A stretch of 64,000 nt of DNA from Dehalococcoidia bacterium (GCA_965220255.1 OZ244816.1:779720-843719), one strand, 5' to 3'. Counted from the first letter of the stretch, positions 17,268 through 28,854 are shown. Notes: generated from the sequence alone by a model not told the origin. Program-made: numbers and translations.

Positions 17268-18038
17268 TCACTCGACCACGGCCTGCGACGCGGACGCAAT
17301 GGTCACCTGGCCTATGGCGAGGGAGCCGCTAATGATGAGGTCGACCTCATCATCGGTCTCCACGGCCTGTCGGCCTGTTGTGCGATCCTCGATTTCTCCT
17401 ATGGTCTTGGAGATATTGTGTTGAACGATCCAGTGGTCGGGCACGAGTATCTCGACTTCGCCAATAACGAGGTCGACTTGGATGCGGGCGGGCCGTTCGG
17501 CAATCTCGGCTTGGGAGAGGTCGACCTTGACAGAGCCCGTGAGGCAGGAGATATCACCGCCACGGAAGTCCTTGGAACGGTTGTACTCCGTGGTCTCGCC
17601 CACCGTGACCGATATGTCGAGGTGGCCGTCATCGTTGACACGAGTGTCAGAACCGATCGAGAACTCGGCCGTTGGGTGCCGCCGTTCTCGTTGCTTTCGG
17701 CGTTCGCGTTTGCGCTTGCGTTTGCCGTAGGTGCCCATTGCACCGGCAATTATCGAGACACCGACGAGGATGATCGCGATCGGCCAGACATACTCCCACC
17801 ACAGGACGCCGAGGATCATGAGCTGAACGACGGACGCGATGGCGATAAGCACGATGGGTCCCGCCGCTTTTCTGAACTTTCGGGATACAAGCAGGACCAG
17901 GCCCCACAGGATGAACAGGGACGGGATATAGACGAGGAGCTCGCCGATGCCGTCGAAGGGGACTAGGTCGAGGGCCATGAGCAGCAGCAATACCCCGACC
18001 AGAACTACGGTACTCCCGAAGAATATGGTGCCTTTCAT
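17268..18038 (-). CDS. LiaF-like membrane protein (N-terminal TM bundle + C-terminal DUF2154-type domain)
   Basis: Four hydrophobic helices, K/R-rich linker, then ...KVDLSQAEI..IQVDLVIGEVEILVPDHW... repeat pattern. Confidence 0.55.
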   Translation of the reverse strand: MKGTIFFGSTVVLVGVLLLLMALDLVPFDGIGELLVYIPSLFILWGLVLLVSRKFRKAAGPIVLIAIASVVQLMILGVLWWEYVWPIAIILVGVSIIAGAMGTYGKRKRKRERRKQRERRHPTAEFSIGSDTRVNDDGHLDISVTVGETTEYNRSKDFRGGDISCLTGSVKVDLSQAEIAERPARIQVDLVIGEVEILVPDHWIVQHNISKTIGEIEDRTTGRQAVETDDEVDLIISGSLAIGQVTIASASQAVVE

Positions 18039-18129
18039 GACGGTCTGCCTCCTCTGGGTGTGGGCGTGTGGCGATTGTACGTAGGGGACACGGACGTGTC
18101 AAAGGCAGGCGTGGAGGGGAGGTGCGTTC

Positions 18130-18519
18130 CTAGTCTCTGATGAGGAGTCCGCCGAGCAGGACGGAGCCGGTGACGACGAGATCTGGGGCGTTGTCGGGTA
18201 AAGCGTCGTCATCTTCGTGGAGTTGGAGGGGAAGCCTTCGCTCGGCTACACCGCCCGCGATGGGCTGGACGTCTTTCTTCACGTTCCATTGTTGGGGGAC
18301 GGTTATCTCGACGCCGCCGAGGATGGCGCTGACATGGATGTGGGCGGGCTTCTCGATTATGTCGGCGTGTCGGAGGTCGACGGAAACGCCGCCCAGAAAC
18401 GCAGTGAGCCGGCCGCCGCGGAAGTCTCTTGAGGCGTTGGGCTCGGTGACGCCACCGAGGATGGAGGTGGCGTTTGACTCGGCGGGGGTCGAGGTTGGGT
18501 GCGTTGGCGAGCAAGGCAT
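18130..18519 (-). CDS. LiaF C-terminal (DUF2154-like) domain protein; possible frame-disrupted N-terminus
   Basis: ...GGVSVDLRHADI..IHVSAILGGVEITVPQQW... resembles the neighbour. A TM/signal helix MKRLILIASAVSSILLILLVL is encoded just upstream (ATG 18589) in a different frame. Confidence 0.45.
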   Translation of the reverse strand: MPCSPTHPTSTPAESNATSILGGVTEPNASRDFRGGRLTAFLGGVSVDLRHADIIEKPAHIHVSAILGGVEITVPQQWNVKKDVQPIAGGVAERRLPLQLHEDDDALPDNAPDLVVTGSVLLGGLLIRD

Positions 18520-18610
18520 TCCTTCTCAAGACGAGAAGTATCAAGAGTATGGAGGAGACGGCGGACGCGATGAGTATGAGGCGTTTCATAGTGCTCTTCC
18601 TAACCCTTCT

Positions 18611-18637
18611 GGATACCGGCCTTCGCCGGTATGACGG
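18611..18637. repeat. REP-A variant (ggataccggc-cttc-gccggtatgacgg)
   Basis: Identical to 40793..40819. Confidence 0.75.
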
Positions 18638-18655
18638 TTGTCTTGTGTCGCTGTA

Positions 18656-18707
18656 GGATACCGGCCTATTGTCTATGTTCGGGGCAGTGACTTCGCCGGT
18701 ACGACGG
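18656..18707. repeat. REP-A variant with inserted loop
   Basis: ggataccggcc...cttcgccggtacgacgg. Confidence 0.55.
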
Positions 18708-18833
18708 GTTGGCAGCAATCTCACTGAAACGGGCCATGTCCTCGCGATGGTATCATACAGTTAGAAAGGTGGGCGGGGGCATGTAGGGAAGCGCCCTTTC
18801 GCAGTCTCATCCGCTGGAGAACGGACGGCAGCT

Positions 18834-19121
18834 ATGGCGTATTACCTATTGATTGAGGCCGAAGTACTGAAACCCGAACAGTATGCGGTGTACCGGGAGG
18901 CGGTCACTCCGATCATCGAGCAGTACGGGGGGCGGTTCCTGGTGCGGGGCGGCGAGGTGGAGTTGTTCGAGGGGGAGTACAACGGGAGGCGCCGGGTGGT
19001 GATCGAATTCGACTCCAAGGAGGCGGCGCGAGGCTTCTGGGACGGGCCGGAATACGCGCCGGTTAAGAAGCTCCGCGACGGGGCGGGCGTAGGCGGCGTC
19101 ATCGGTGTGGAGGGGGTCTGA
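18834..19121 (+). CDS. DUF1330 domain protein
   Basis: MAYYLLIEAEV..YREAV.P.IEQYGGRFLVRGG...VVIEFDS.EAA..FW..PEY. Confidence 0.8.
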   Translation: MAYYLLIEAEVLKPEQYAVYREAVTPIIEQYGGRFLVRGGEVELFEGEYNGRRRVVIEFDSKEAARGFWDGPEYAPVKKLRDGAGVGGVIGVEGV

Positions 19122-19388
19122 CCGGTTTCTATCAGTCGTTCGGGCAAGTTTTTGACAACTTCTCATCCTTTCCGGCTCATACCAGCACTTTCAGAACGTA
19201 TATTCTCCATCACTCGCCGATGATCCGACGAAATGGGGGCAAGCTCTTGCGTTTTTCCTGCTTTTGCGCGGACTAAAAGGCCCTCGGAGGCGTTTTAGTA
19301 ACAGAGCGCTATTGGTTTCCCTCCGAGCACGGAAAACACCCCCTTGACCAGTTGGGTCGAATTTGCCGTTTACCGCAAGCCCATCCGC

Positions 19389-19417
19389 TTGTCGGCTCCG
19401 CCGAAAAATGGTAGAAT
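19389..19417 (+). promoter_or_regulatory. Sigma70-like promoter (TTGTCG-17 nt-TGg-TAGAAT)
   Basis: -35 at 19389..19394, 17-nt spacer, extended -10 TGgTAGAAT ending 19417; about 260 nt upstream of gyrB in an AT-richer non-coding stretch. Confidence 0.4.
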
Positions 19418-19633
19418 ATCGACGTGGATATCGATACACCGAACGGGACCAGCGTTTTGGTAGGTCGACAAGGGAGGGACCAATGTACCTTCCGCCGCTT
19501 CGTAGACTGGACGAGCGCATCTTCGCGTCCCCGCTTTGACAACTCCACAATCATGGTAACTCCAAGAATCGAGCACCTTGGAGTCTCGCAGCGTCTTAAC
19601 GGCTAGGCGAAGTATAAGAACCAGTCAAACTAG

Positions 19634-21646
<2,013 letters not shown>

Positions 21647-21869
21647 GGGGCTGAGGGAATACGACACGATACCAGCCAAGGACTCTTGTATAACGGCAAA
21701 CCAGTGATACTGCGTATCATATACTCACAGATATTTCCGAAGGTTACTTGCTTCTTTTTGAGACCGCGAACTTTACGGGAATAGCATTCTTGACTTCTAA
21801 TAAGCCAGCCTACTTGACTACCATTACATCCTTGTAGTGGGCCATGCATGAACAACTGGAAACCAAAGT

Positions 21870-22166
21870 ATGGACGACTTTTTCAAAACTGCGACCGATA
21901 TTTTGGGAGAAGCACTACCAGACACCGACATCGGTAAGCTGGCAGGGTTGCTAATTGTGGCTTTCTTTGCGCTGATTGTGACCGGACGGTTCAAACTGGA
22001 ATGGATAGGCATATTCCTGAGGCACATCGGACGTTGGTTCCGTTGCAAGTTCCGCGACAAACATCGTTACTACCAACAAGGGATTGGGTGGTTAGACTTT
22101 GATACGGGTCATCGGAGCGGCACATTTGTTTGCAGGGTGTGTGGCAATGTATTGGTGAGAAGATAG
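21870..22166 (+). CDS. Hypothetical small membrane protein
   Basis: 98-aa ORF in a low-G+C gap; one TM (LAGLLIVAFFALIVTG) and a C-terminal CRVCG; no family recognised. Confidence 0.25.
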   Translation: MDDFFKTATDILGEALPDTDIGKLAGLLIVAFFALIVTGRFKLEWIGIFLRHIGRWFRCKFRDKHRYYQQGIGWLDFDTGHRSGTFVCRVCGNVLVRR

Positions 22167-22222
22167 CAGCGGGACGTCAAATGTGGAGTTCAATTGCAGG
22201 ACTTGAGTACGGAGTAATTCAC

Positions 22223-24031
22223 ATGCAATACCTTCAAGAGCGCAGTTGGCGAGTCGCCACAGTTCTGGTGGGTGCCTTCATTCTCATGCTGGCGCTGGCC
22301 GGGTGCGCGCGAGAGGACGAGGATGAGAAGGCGACGGTCGAGCAGCTGCTCAGGAATGCCGACAGGTTCGAGTATGCGAACGGGAAGCGGGGCGGCGCGC
22401 TGACGTTTGCGACCATCAGCGATCCTTTGACCTTCAACCTGGCGATAGCGAACGACGCTTCTTCGTCGGGAGTTCTTGGATATTTGTTCGAGGGGTTGAC
22501 GGAGATATCGTGGCTGACGGACGAGGTGGAGGCCGGGCTGGCGGAGTCCTGGACGAATTCGGATGACGGGCTGACGTGGACATTCAACCTCCGAAGGGAC
22601 GTGAGGTGGCATGACGGCCAGCCCTTCACGGCGCAGGACGTGGAGTTCACCTTCAATCGGATCATCTACAACGATGACATTCCCGCGAGCAGCCGTCCGG
22701 CGTTCACGTTCCGGTACTTGGAGGACGGAGAGTGGACGCAGGGGGAGATGACCGTCACAGCCCTGGACGATTACACGGTGCTGTGTGAGTTGCCGGTATC
22801 GTTTGCGCCGTTCCTGCGCGCGATGGGTACGGCTATCTATCCGAAGCACATCCTGGAACCGTATGTGGACGACGGCACATTTGCCACGGCGTGGGACATC
22901 ACTACCGACCCGGCGGAGATCATTGGAACGGGACCGTTCACGATCGGGCTGTATGCGCCGGCGGAGCGGGTGGTGATGAAGCGGAACCCGAACTACTGGC
23001 TCAAGGATGACGAGGGGAGCGCCCTACCCTACCTGGACGAGGTCATTCACATCATCGTTCCCGACCTGGAGACGGAGCTCATCAAGTTCCGCGCGGGCGA
23101 GACCGACGTTCACGGCGTGCTGGGCGAGGATTTTGCCACGCTCGAACCGCTGCAGGAAGACGAGAACTTCACCATTCACAAGCGCGGTCCCGGGTTCGGG
23201 ACGACGTTCCTGGTCTTCAACATGAACCCGGGGAACAACCCGGAGACGGGCGAGTCGTACGTGGACGCTGTGAAACTGCGTTGGTTCCAGGAAAAGCAGT
23301 TCCGGCACGCGGTGGCCCACAGCATGGACAAGGACGCGATCATCGAGGACGTGCAGCATGGACTCGGATATCCGCAGTGGTCCTCCATCAGCCCTTCGGC
23401 GGGAGTCTTCCACAATCCCAATGTCCGCAAGTACCCGTACGATATCGAGAAGGCGAACTCTCTCCTGGACAGCCTCGGCTGGAAGGACACCGACGGGGAC
23501 GGGATACGTGAGGACGACGCAGGGAACAAGATCGAGTTCTCGCTGGTAACGAACTCCGGGAACAGCGTGCGAGACAGGGCGTCTCAGATCATTCAAGAAG
23601 GTCTCAGCAAGATAGGAGTGCAGGTGAACTACGAGACGATCGAGTTTGGAGACCTCGTGGGGCAGTTGACGACGACGTATGACTGGGAGGCGGTGGTCAT
23701 TGGCCTGACGGGAGGGACGGAGCCGCACGGCGGGATAAACGTCTGGCACAGCAGCGAGTCACTGCACCTGTGGAACCCGAACCAAGAGGAGCCGGCAACG
23801 CCCTGGGAGGCTGAGATCGACAACCTCTACATCGTTGGCAGCCAGGAACTCGACCGGACCAAGCGCATAGAACACTATCACAGCGCCCAGGCAATAGCGG
23901 CTGAGAACCTGCCGGTGCTCTACACAACGCTGTCGGAGAGGCTGACCGCGGTCCGCAACGTCTTCGGCAATACGACGCCGACGCTGTACGGGATCTGGGA
24001 TACCCGGTACGTGTATAGGACGGACAGGTAA
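22223..24031 (+). CDS. ABC transporter substrate-binding lipoprotein, family 5 (peptide/nickel/opine type)
   Basis: Start at MQYLQERSW...; lipobox LALAGC; SBP_bac_5-type core (...GLAESW..SDDGLTWTFNLRRDVRWHDG.PFTA.DV.FT); no permease/ATPase genes adjacent. Confidence 0.85.
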   Translation: MQYLQERSWRVATVLVGAFILMLALAGCAREDEDEKATVEQLLRNADRFEYANGKRGGALTFATISDPLTFNLAIANDASSSGVLGYLFEGLTEISWLTDEVEAGLAESWTNSDDGLTWTFNLRRDVRWHDGQPFTAQDVEFTFNRIIYNDDIPASSRPAFTFRYLEDGEWTQGEMTVTALDDYTVLCELPVSFAPFLRAMGTAIYPKHILEPYVDDGTFATAWDITTDPAEIIGTGPFTIGLYAPAERVVMKRNPNYWLKDDEGSALPYLDEVIHIIVPDLETELIKFRAGETDVHGVLGEDFATLEPLQEDENFTIHKRGPGFGTTFLVFNMNPGNNPETGESYVDAVKLRWFQEKQFRHAVAHSMDKDAIIEDVQHGLGYPQWSSISPSAGVFHNPNVRKYPYDIEKANSLLDSLGWKDTDGDGIREDDAGNKIEFSLVTNSGNSVRDRASQIIQEGLSKIGVQVNYETIEFGDLVGQLTTTYDWEAVVIGLTGGTEPHGGINVWHSSESLHLWNPNQEEPATPWEAEIDNLYIVGSQELDRTKRIEHYHSAQAIAAENLPVLYTTLSERLTAVRNVFGNTTPTLYGIWDTRYVYRTDR

Positions 24032-24048
24032 GGGCCACCCTCTCTACA

Positions 24049-24075
24049 TCTCTCCCCCGATCGACGGGGGAGAGA
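24049..24075. repeat. REP-B hairpin (tctctccccc-gatcgac-gggggagaga), 18 nt after the SBP stop; may act as terminator
   Basis: 10-bp GC-rich stem followed by cctttg. Confidence 0.6.
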
Positions 24076-24223
24076 CCTTTGCATGTGTATTGTAAAGCGC
24101 TTGTCAGTCACCCTGGATACATCTTCACCGGAGACATGGGCAATATCTGGGCGGGTGCGGTCGCAGACACGGCGTGGTACTCTGAAGTGGAGACTTCCCA
24201 GCTGGGCTAGTGAAGGTGAAACA

Positions 24224-24430
24224 ATGCGTCAGGTAGTTCTCCATCCGGGTGAAGACGGCTTTTGGGTTGCCGAATGCCCCAGCCTGCCGGGGTGCATCAG
24301 TCAGGGAGAGACCAAGGAGACAGCCATCGCCAATATCAGAGAGGCGATCAAAGAGTATATCGCGGTTCTCGAGGATGATGGCCTGCCGGTTCCCAAGGAA
24401 CAATTTGAAGCGCTAGTCGTAGCCGTATGA
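24224..24430 (+). CDS. hicB: HicB-like antitoxin (UPF0150 type)
   Basis: MRQVVLHPGEDGFWVAECPSLPGCISQGETKETAIANIREAI; RBS gaaggtga; stop overlaps hicA start (ATGA). Confidence 0.8.
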   Translation: MRQVVLHPGEDGFWVAECPSLPGCISQGETKETAIANIREAIKEYIAVLEDDGLPVPKEQFEALVVAV

Positions 24431-24648
24431 CCCGACTGCCCAGGGTTTCCGGGCGAGACTGTGTTAAAGCTCTCGCTAGAACGGGGTTCTACACCAGACG
24501 ACAGCGCGGCAGTCACATCATCTTGCGTCGCGATGACCCATTCGCTCAACTGGTCGTTCCTGACCATGGGGAGCTTGACAGAGGCACGTTGCGCGCCATC
24601 ATCAGGCAAGCGGGGCTAAGCGTCGAGCAGTTCGTTGAGTTGCTGTGA
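24427..24648 (+). CDS. hicA: HicA mRNA-interferase toxin
   Basis: LPRVSGRDCVKALARTGFY..RQRGSHIIL...VVPDHGELDRGTLRAIIRQAGLS. Confidence 0.85.
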   Translation: MTRLPRVSGRDCVKALARTGFYTRRQRGSHIILRRDDPFAQLVVPDHGELDRGTLRAIIRQAGLSVEQFVELL

Positions 24649-24749
24649 ATCCTGCTCGTTATGCACTCTCGAATCGCTAACGCAATGCGGGAAAACAAGG
24701 AACTTGGACCGAAGCTCGTTGCCAATATTACGAGAGACTTGGGGTTGAG

Positions 24750-25006
24750 ATGATGCTTGCCTATCCGATCCGACTCGAAGAAGACGGCGGAACCGTTTTG
24801 GCGACCTCACCGGACTTCCGGAGCTTACGGCCTTCGGAGATGATCGGGACGATGCCCTCACGCACGCTGTCGACGCGCTCGAAGAAGCGATTGCCGCTCG
24901 GATTCACGCGGGCCTGGATATTCCGCCTAGTTCCACAGGCGATGCCCTAATCGGATTGCCGACACTGACCGCGGTGAAGGTGATCCTCTATCAGGGACGG
25001 CAGTAG
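24750..25006 (+). pseudogene. Second HicB-family antitoxin gene, interrupted by a 1-nt frameshift near 24819
   Basis: Frame 1 reads MMLAYPIRLEEDGGTVLATSPDF. After a 1-nt slip (from 24821) the next frame reads ELTAFGDDRDDALTHAVDALEEAIAARIHAGLDIPPSS...LYQGRQ*. Joined, the two give a typical HicB N-domain. Confidence 0.6.
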
Positions 25007-25024
25007 CGTCCGGGATTTACCAGC

Positions 25025-25960
25025 CTAATCCGGCCAGTCCTGACCTTCGATGTAGCGTTTGGTAGCGACTGCGGCTGTTGCGCCGTCGCCAGCGGAGGAT
25101 GCGAGGAGGGCGGCGGAGTTTTGGCGGATGTCTCCGACCGCGAAGATGCCTCTTGTTGGCGTGCGCATCCAGATATCCGTCTCGACATGTCCGGCTTTGT
25201 CGAGGGGGACGACGCCGTCGAGGAAGCCTGTGTTCGGCTGCAGTCCTATGAAGACGAAGAGGCCTGCAAGGACGACCTGGGAGGTCTCGCCCGACTCGGT
25301 GTGCCTAGTGGTGACGCCTTCAAGCATTGCGTCGCCTAAGAGGCCCGTGACCTCTGTGTTGGGGCGCAGCTCGATCTTGGGATCGGCTTGAACGCGCTGC
25401 CGGAGGACGGCTTGGCCGTCGAGGTCGGCGTTGCGGTGGAAGATGATCACCTTTGAGGCGAACTCCGCCAGGGCGAGTGCCTCGTCGAGGGCGGAGTCGC
25501 CGCCGCCGACAACGCCGACGACCTGGTCGGTGAACAGGGGGCCGTCGCAGGAGGCGCAGTTGGAGATGCCGGAGCCGTAGAAGTCGTCCTCGCGGTCGAG
25601 TCCGAGCTTTTTGAATGATGAGCCGGCGGCGATGATGACGGTCTTGGCGCGGACGTGGTCTTCGTACTGGCGAACGAGCCAGTGGGGGCCGTCGGTTTCG
25701 AGGGCGGTGACCTCGGAGAGGGCGATCTCGACACCTGCTTGGACGGCCTGATCCTGGAGACGCTCGCTGAGCTCGACGCCGGAGACGGGCTCGACGATGC
25801 CGGGCATGTTCTCGATGTGTGTGGCATTGAATATCTGGCCACCAGGCATCATGCGCTCAACGAGGAGGCAGGTCAGGCCGGAGCGGGCCGCATGGGTGGC
25901 GGCCGTGAGGCCGGCGATGCCGCCACCGATGATGACCGCGTCGTAGGTTGAGTCGGGCAT
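25025..25960 (-). CDS. trxB: Thioredoxin-disulfide reductase
   Basis: YDAVIIGGGIAGLTAA, redox-active C-A-S-C-D-G, VGVVGGGDSALDEA; start at MPDSTYD (ATG 25960, ggtgag RBS) preferred; alternative ATG 26005. Confidence 0.85.
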   Translation of the reverse strand: MPDSTYDAVIIGGGIAGLTAATHAARSGLTCLLVERMMPGGQIFNATHIENMPGIVEPVSGVELSERLQDQAVQAGVEIALSEVTALETDGPHWLVRQYEDHVRAKTVIIAAGSSFKKLGLDREDDFYGSGISNCASCDGPLFTDQVVGVVGGGDSALDEALALAEFASKVIIFHRNADLDGQAVLRQRVQADPKIELRPNTEVTGLLGDAMLEGVTTRHTESGETSQVVLAGLFVFIGLQPNTGFLDGVVPLDKAGHVETDIWMRTPTRGIFAVGDIRQNSAALLASSAGDGATAAVATKRYIEGQDWPD

Positions 25961-26128
25961 TGTGCTCACCGCGTACCGCTCTGTCTGGCTAAGATGTGTT
26001 GACATTTTCCAGTTTTTCTTCGCTATAACGGGTAACTCGGCATTCCCGCTTACGGTGAACTTTGCGCAACCCTCTCCCGCTGAGAGAGTGTTAGTGTGCG
26101 AGTACCACCCAGTTTTGGACGCGTCTCT

Positions 26129-26155
26129 GGATTCCCGCTTTCGCGGGAATGACGG
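26129..26155. repeat. REP-A hairpin
   Basis: ggattcccgctttcgcgggaatgacgg. Confidence 0.8.
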
Positions 26156-26202
26156 GAGGTGTTTACCTCACCCAATCCCATTTTATGGGAGAGGGAGACT
26201 CG

Positions 26203-27522
26203 CTAGAGCAGGCCCTCGTCGCGGAAGTCGTCGATGGTGCGTTCGAGGGCTTCGACGGTGGCCTCGATGTCTTCCTCGGTGTGGGCGGCGCTGAGGAGGT
26301 AGCGGTCGAAGCCGTCGACGCCGTGGTTGTACATGGCGAGGACGCCGTGCTTCTTGAGGTCGGCGCGCGGCTCGACCTCGTCGTAGCGCAGGGAGTAGAT
26401 CTCCTCTTCGTCGGCCAGCTCCAAGCCCAGGCGGAGGAGCACTATGGATGCGACGCCGGTGGCGATGCCGGGGACTTCCTTGCGCGTGAGGACCTCATTC
26501 ATGCCCTGCTTGAGTTGCTCGGCGCGGGCGGTGGCCGTGTCGTTGATAGGACGGTCCTTGACGTATTCGAGTGCTGTCACCCCCGCCGCGGCGGATAGGG
26601 GGTTCGCGTTGAAGGTGCCGTTGTGGGCGATGCGGCCGTTGGAGTTGAAGTCGTCATCGTCGCGGAACTGGATCATGTCGATGATGTCGGCCTTGCCCGC
26701 GACACATGCGCCGGGCAGTCCGCCACCGAGAATCTTGGCGTGTGTGGAGAGATCCGGCACGACGCCGTAGTAGCCGGACGCGCCGTTGCGTGAGGTGCGG
26801 AAGCCGGTGACGACCTCGTCCATGATGTAGACGACGCCGTGCTGCTCGGTCACCTGCCGGAGCTCTTCGAGGAAGCTGGGGGTGATCGGCTCCTGTCCCA
26901 TGTGCGCGCCGGTGGGTTCGAGGATGATTCCGGCCACGTCGCCGCCTGCGATGGCCTGCTCGACCTGTGAAATGTCGTTCGGTTCGAGGACGATGATCGA
27001 GTCGACCACTCCGTCGGGGACGCCGCTGGGGGCGGCCCATCCGGGCACGGCGTAGTCGCTCCATCCGTGGAAGTGGTTCTTGAAGCGGATGATCTTGTCG
27101 CGGCCGGTGTAGGCGCGCGCCATTCTCATGGCCATCATGTCGGCCTCGGTGCCGGAGCTGTTGAAGCGGACCTTTTCGGCGCAGGGGACGAGGTCTTTGA
27201 CCAGCTCGCCCCACCTGATCTCGATATCGGTCGATGCGCTCCAGTGGGTGCCGATAGCCATCTGGTCCTGCACGGCCTTGACGACGGCGGGATGGTTGTG
27301 GCCGAGAATCAGCGCGCCGTGTCCGGTCTTGTAGTCGACGATCCTGTTGCCGTCGACGTCGTACTTGACCGCGCCCTCGGAGTGGGTGACGTAGTACGGG
27401 AACGGGGTGAGGTTTCGCGCGTCGTGGGTGACGCCGTTGGGGAACAGGTCCTTGGCGACCTCGTACCGCGCCAGCGACTCCGGGTGGAGGTCGATGTACT
27501 GCTGCTCGATGGATGTGACCAT
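26203..27522 (-). CDS. Class III aminotransferase (glutamate-1-semialdehyde aminomutase-like)
   Basis: 439 aa; ...YKTGHGALILGHNHP..., DEVVTGFR, HAKILGGGLP PLP-lysine context. Confidence 0.85.
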   Translation of the reverse strand: MVTSIEQQYIDLHPESLARYEVAKDLFPNGVTHDARNLTPFPYYVTHSEGAVKYDVDGNRIVDYKTGHGALILGHNHPAVVKAVQDQMAIGTHWSASTDIEIRWGELVKDLVPCAEKVRFNSSGTEADMMAMRMARAYTGRDKIIRFKNHFHGWSDYAVPGWAAPSGVPDGVVDSIIVLEPNDISQVEQAIAGGDVAGIILEPTGAHMGQEPITPSFLEELRQVTEQHGVVYIMDEVVTGFRTSRNGASGYYGVVPDLSTHAKILGGGLPGACVAGKADIIDMIQFRDDDDFNSNGRIAHNGTFNANPLSAAAGVTALEYVKDRPINDTATARAEQLKQGMNEVLTRKEVPGIATGVASIVLLRLGLELADEEEIYSLRYDEVEPRADLKKHGVLAMYNHGVDGFDRYLLSAAHTEEDIEATVEALERTIDDFRDEGLL

Positions 27523-27618
27523 GCGGTTCCTCGCTCGTAGCGTGTGGGATCGGGCCTAAGCCACGCTCATTATAGCCGTGTGACGTGGGGGAATGAAAGC
27601 GGCCGGGAGATTGGGTAA

Positions 27619-27724
27619 GTGTTCAGAGTTGGTGAGGTGAACGTCCCCGCCCCTCTGGATTCCGGCCTTCGCCGGAATGACGGTGGCTTTATATGTCGAG
27701 CGCCCTCACTTACTCTGCTCGTAA
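27619..27724. repeat. REP-F composite element (right IR degenerate)
   Basis: gtgttcagagttggtgagg ... internal REP-A 27657..27683 ... cctcacttactctg. Confidence 0.55.
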
Positions 27725-27830
27725 CTGTTCAGAATTGATGATATGAACACGGCCCCACCCCTGTGGATACCCGCCTTCGCGGGTATGATGGTGGATGTAT
27801 GCATTGTGCGCTCTCACGAAGTCTGAACAG
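27725..27830. repeat. REP-F composite element, tandem to the previous one
   Basis: ctgttcagaattgatgat ... internal REP-A 27765..27791 ... tctcacgaagtctgaacag. Confidence 0.65.
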
Positions 27831-27844
27831 TTACGAGGGTGGGG

Positions 27845-28282
27845 TCACGGCCCAGTGCGTTCCCAGGACGCTATCGGTCCGGGAACGGCGAGATGGCAAG
27901 GGTGCGGTTCGGGGACAGTGACCCCTTTGAGACGTTCGAGTGCGGCAGGGGCACGGAGCATGAGCTTGGCTGTCAGGTGGGCAAGCTCGTAACGCAGCTG
28001 GCCTTCGGTGACCACGATGGGGGTTATGTCGGGATGGGGAAGGCGGATCTTGGTGCGGTCGAAGTTGTAGCCGCGCCGGGCCGCTTCGTCGCATACGGCG
28101 TGCAGGTAGGAGGCGATGGCGTGCCCAGGGAGCGCGTGGGCGCGGAAGCGTTGTAGTTGAGGGTGATTCCGGTATCCTTGTGTGGGGCCGCTAAGCACCT
28201 TCTGCGCGAGAAGCGCTTCTCGCCACAGGGCGACGAGTCCTTTCGTATCCAGATAGCGGGGGTGGAGGGACCAGAGACGCAT
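27845..28282 (-). CDS. Pyrimidine dimer DNA glycosylase (T4 endonuclease V / DenV-like family)
   Basis: MRLWSLHPRYLDTKGLVALWREALLAQKVL..PTQGYRNHPQLQRF. Confidence 0.8.
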   Translation of the reverse strand: MRLWSLHPRYLDTKGLVALWREALLAQKVLSGPTQGYRNHPQLQRFRAHALPGHAIASYLHAVCDEAARRGYNFDRTKIRLPHPDITPIVVTEGQLRYELAHLTAKLMLRAPAALERLKGVTVPEPHPCHLAVPGPIASWERTGP

Positions 28283-28368
28283 GAGGGCCTGCCGTCACCG
28301 CGAGAATGGCAGAACCCGCGGCAACAGCGAGGCCCTTTTCATCTCAATGCCTCCAGCAGAAACTGCGG

Positions 28369-28575
28369 CTAGGCGAGTTCGCCGATGGCCGTCAGGCTGA
28401 TTACGCCCGCGATGGCTACGAGTATGTATATGACCCGCGAGATCACGTTGACGTCGCCGAACTTCATTCCTCCTGCAATCAGGGCCACGAGGTCGAACTT
28501 GAACAGGCCTACCAATCCCCAGTTCACTGCGCCGACCGCTGCAAGGACTATCGCTATAATCTGTACCATTTCCAT
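28369..28575 (-). CDS. DUF378 small membrane protein
   Basis: AVGAVNWGLVGLFKFDLVALI signature; 68 aa; RBS gaaggaggga. Confidence 0.8.
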   Translation of the reverse strand: MEMVQIIAIVLAAVGAVNWGLVGLFKFDLVALIAGGMKFGDVNVISRVIYILVAIAGVISLTAIGELA

Positions 28576-28613
28576 TAGTTCCCTCCTTCACCGGGAAGTG
28601 TTGATGATGTATA

Positions 28614-28642
28614 ATACTAACATGATATAAATTATTTGTCTA
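28614..28642 (-). promoter_or_regulatory. Sigma70-like promoter for the DUF378 gene (TAGACA-17 nt-TAGTAT)
   Basis: Read on the minus strand in a short AT-rich stretch about 40 nt upstream of ATG 28575. Confidence 0.4.
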
Positions 28643-28689
28643 CTATATTCTACATTTAGGAGCAAATGTTGAGGTCGGCGGGAGATTCC

Positions 28690-28717
28690 AGATTCCTCTC
28701 TGCGCTCGGAATGACAG
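28690..28717. repeat. REP-C half-site (agattcctctctgcgctcggaatgacag)
   Basis: Matches the arms of the inverted pairs inside the MITEs and at 54633. Confidence 0.55.
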
Positions 28718-28805
28718 GGGTTGCTCGGAATATTTCATGAAGGCCGCCACCCTCATCACGTGGAATGAAAATGGGGTTGGCACGAGCCAGCAGGATCCGG
28801 GGACT

Positions 28806-28832
28806 GGATTCCGGCCTCCGCCGGAATGACGG
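28806..28832. repeat. REP-A variant
   Basis: ggattccggcctccgccggaatgacgg. Confidence 0.75.
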
Positions 28833-28854
28833 GTGGTGGCGTGGTATCGGGGAC

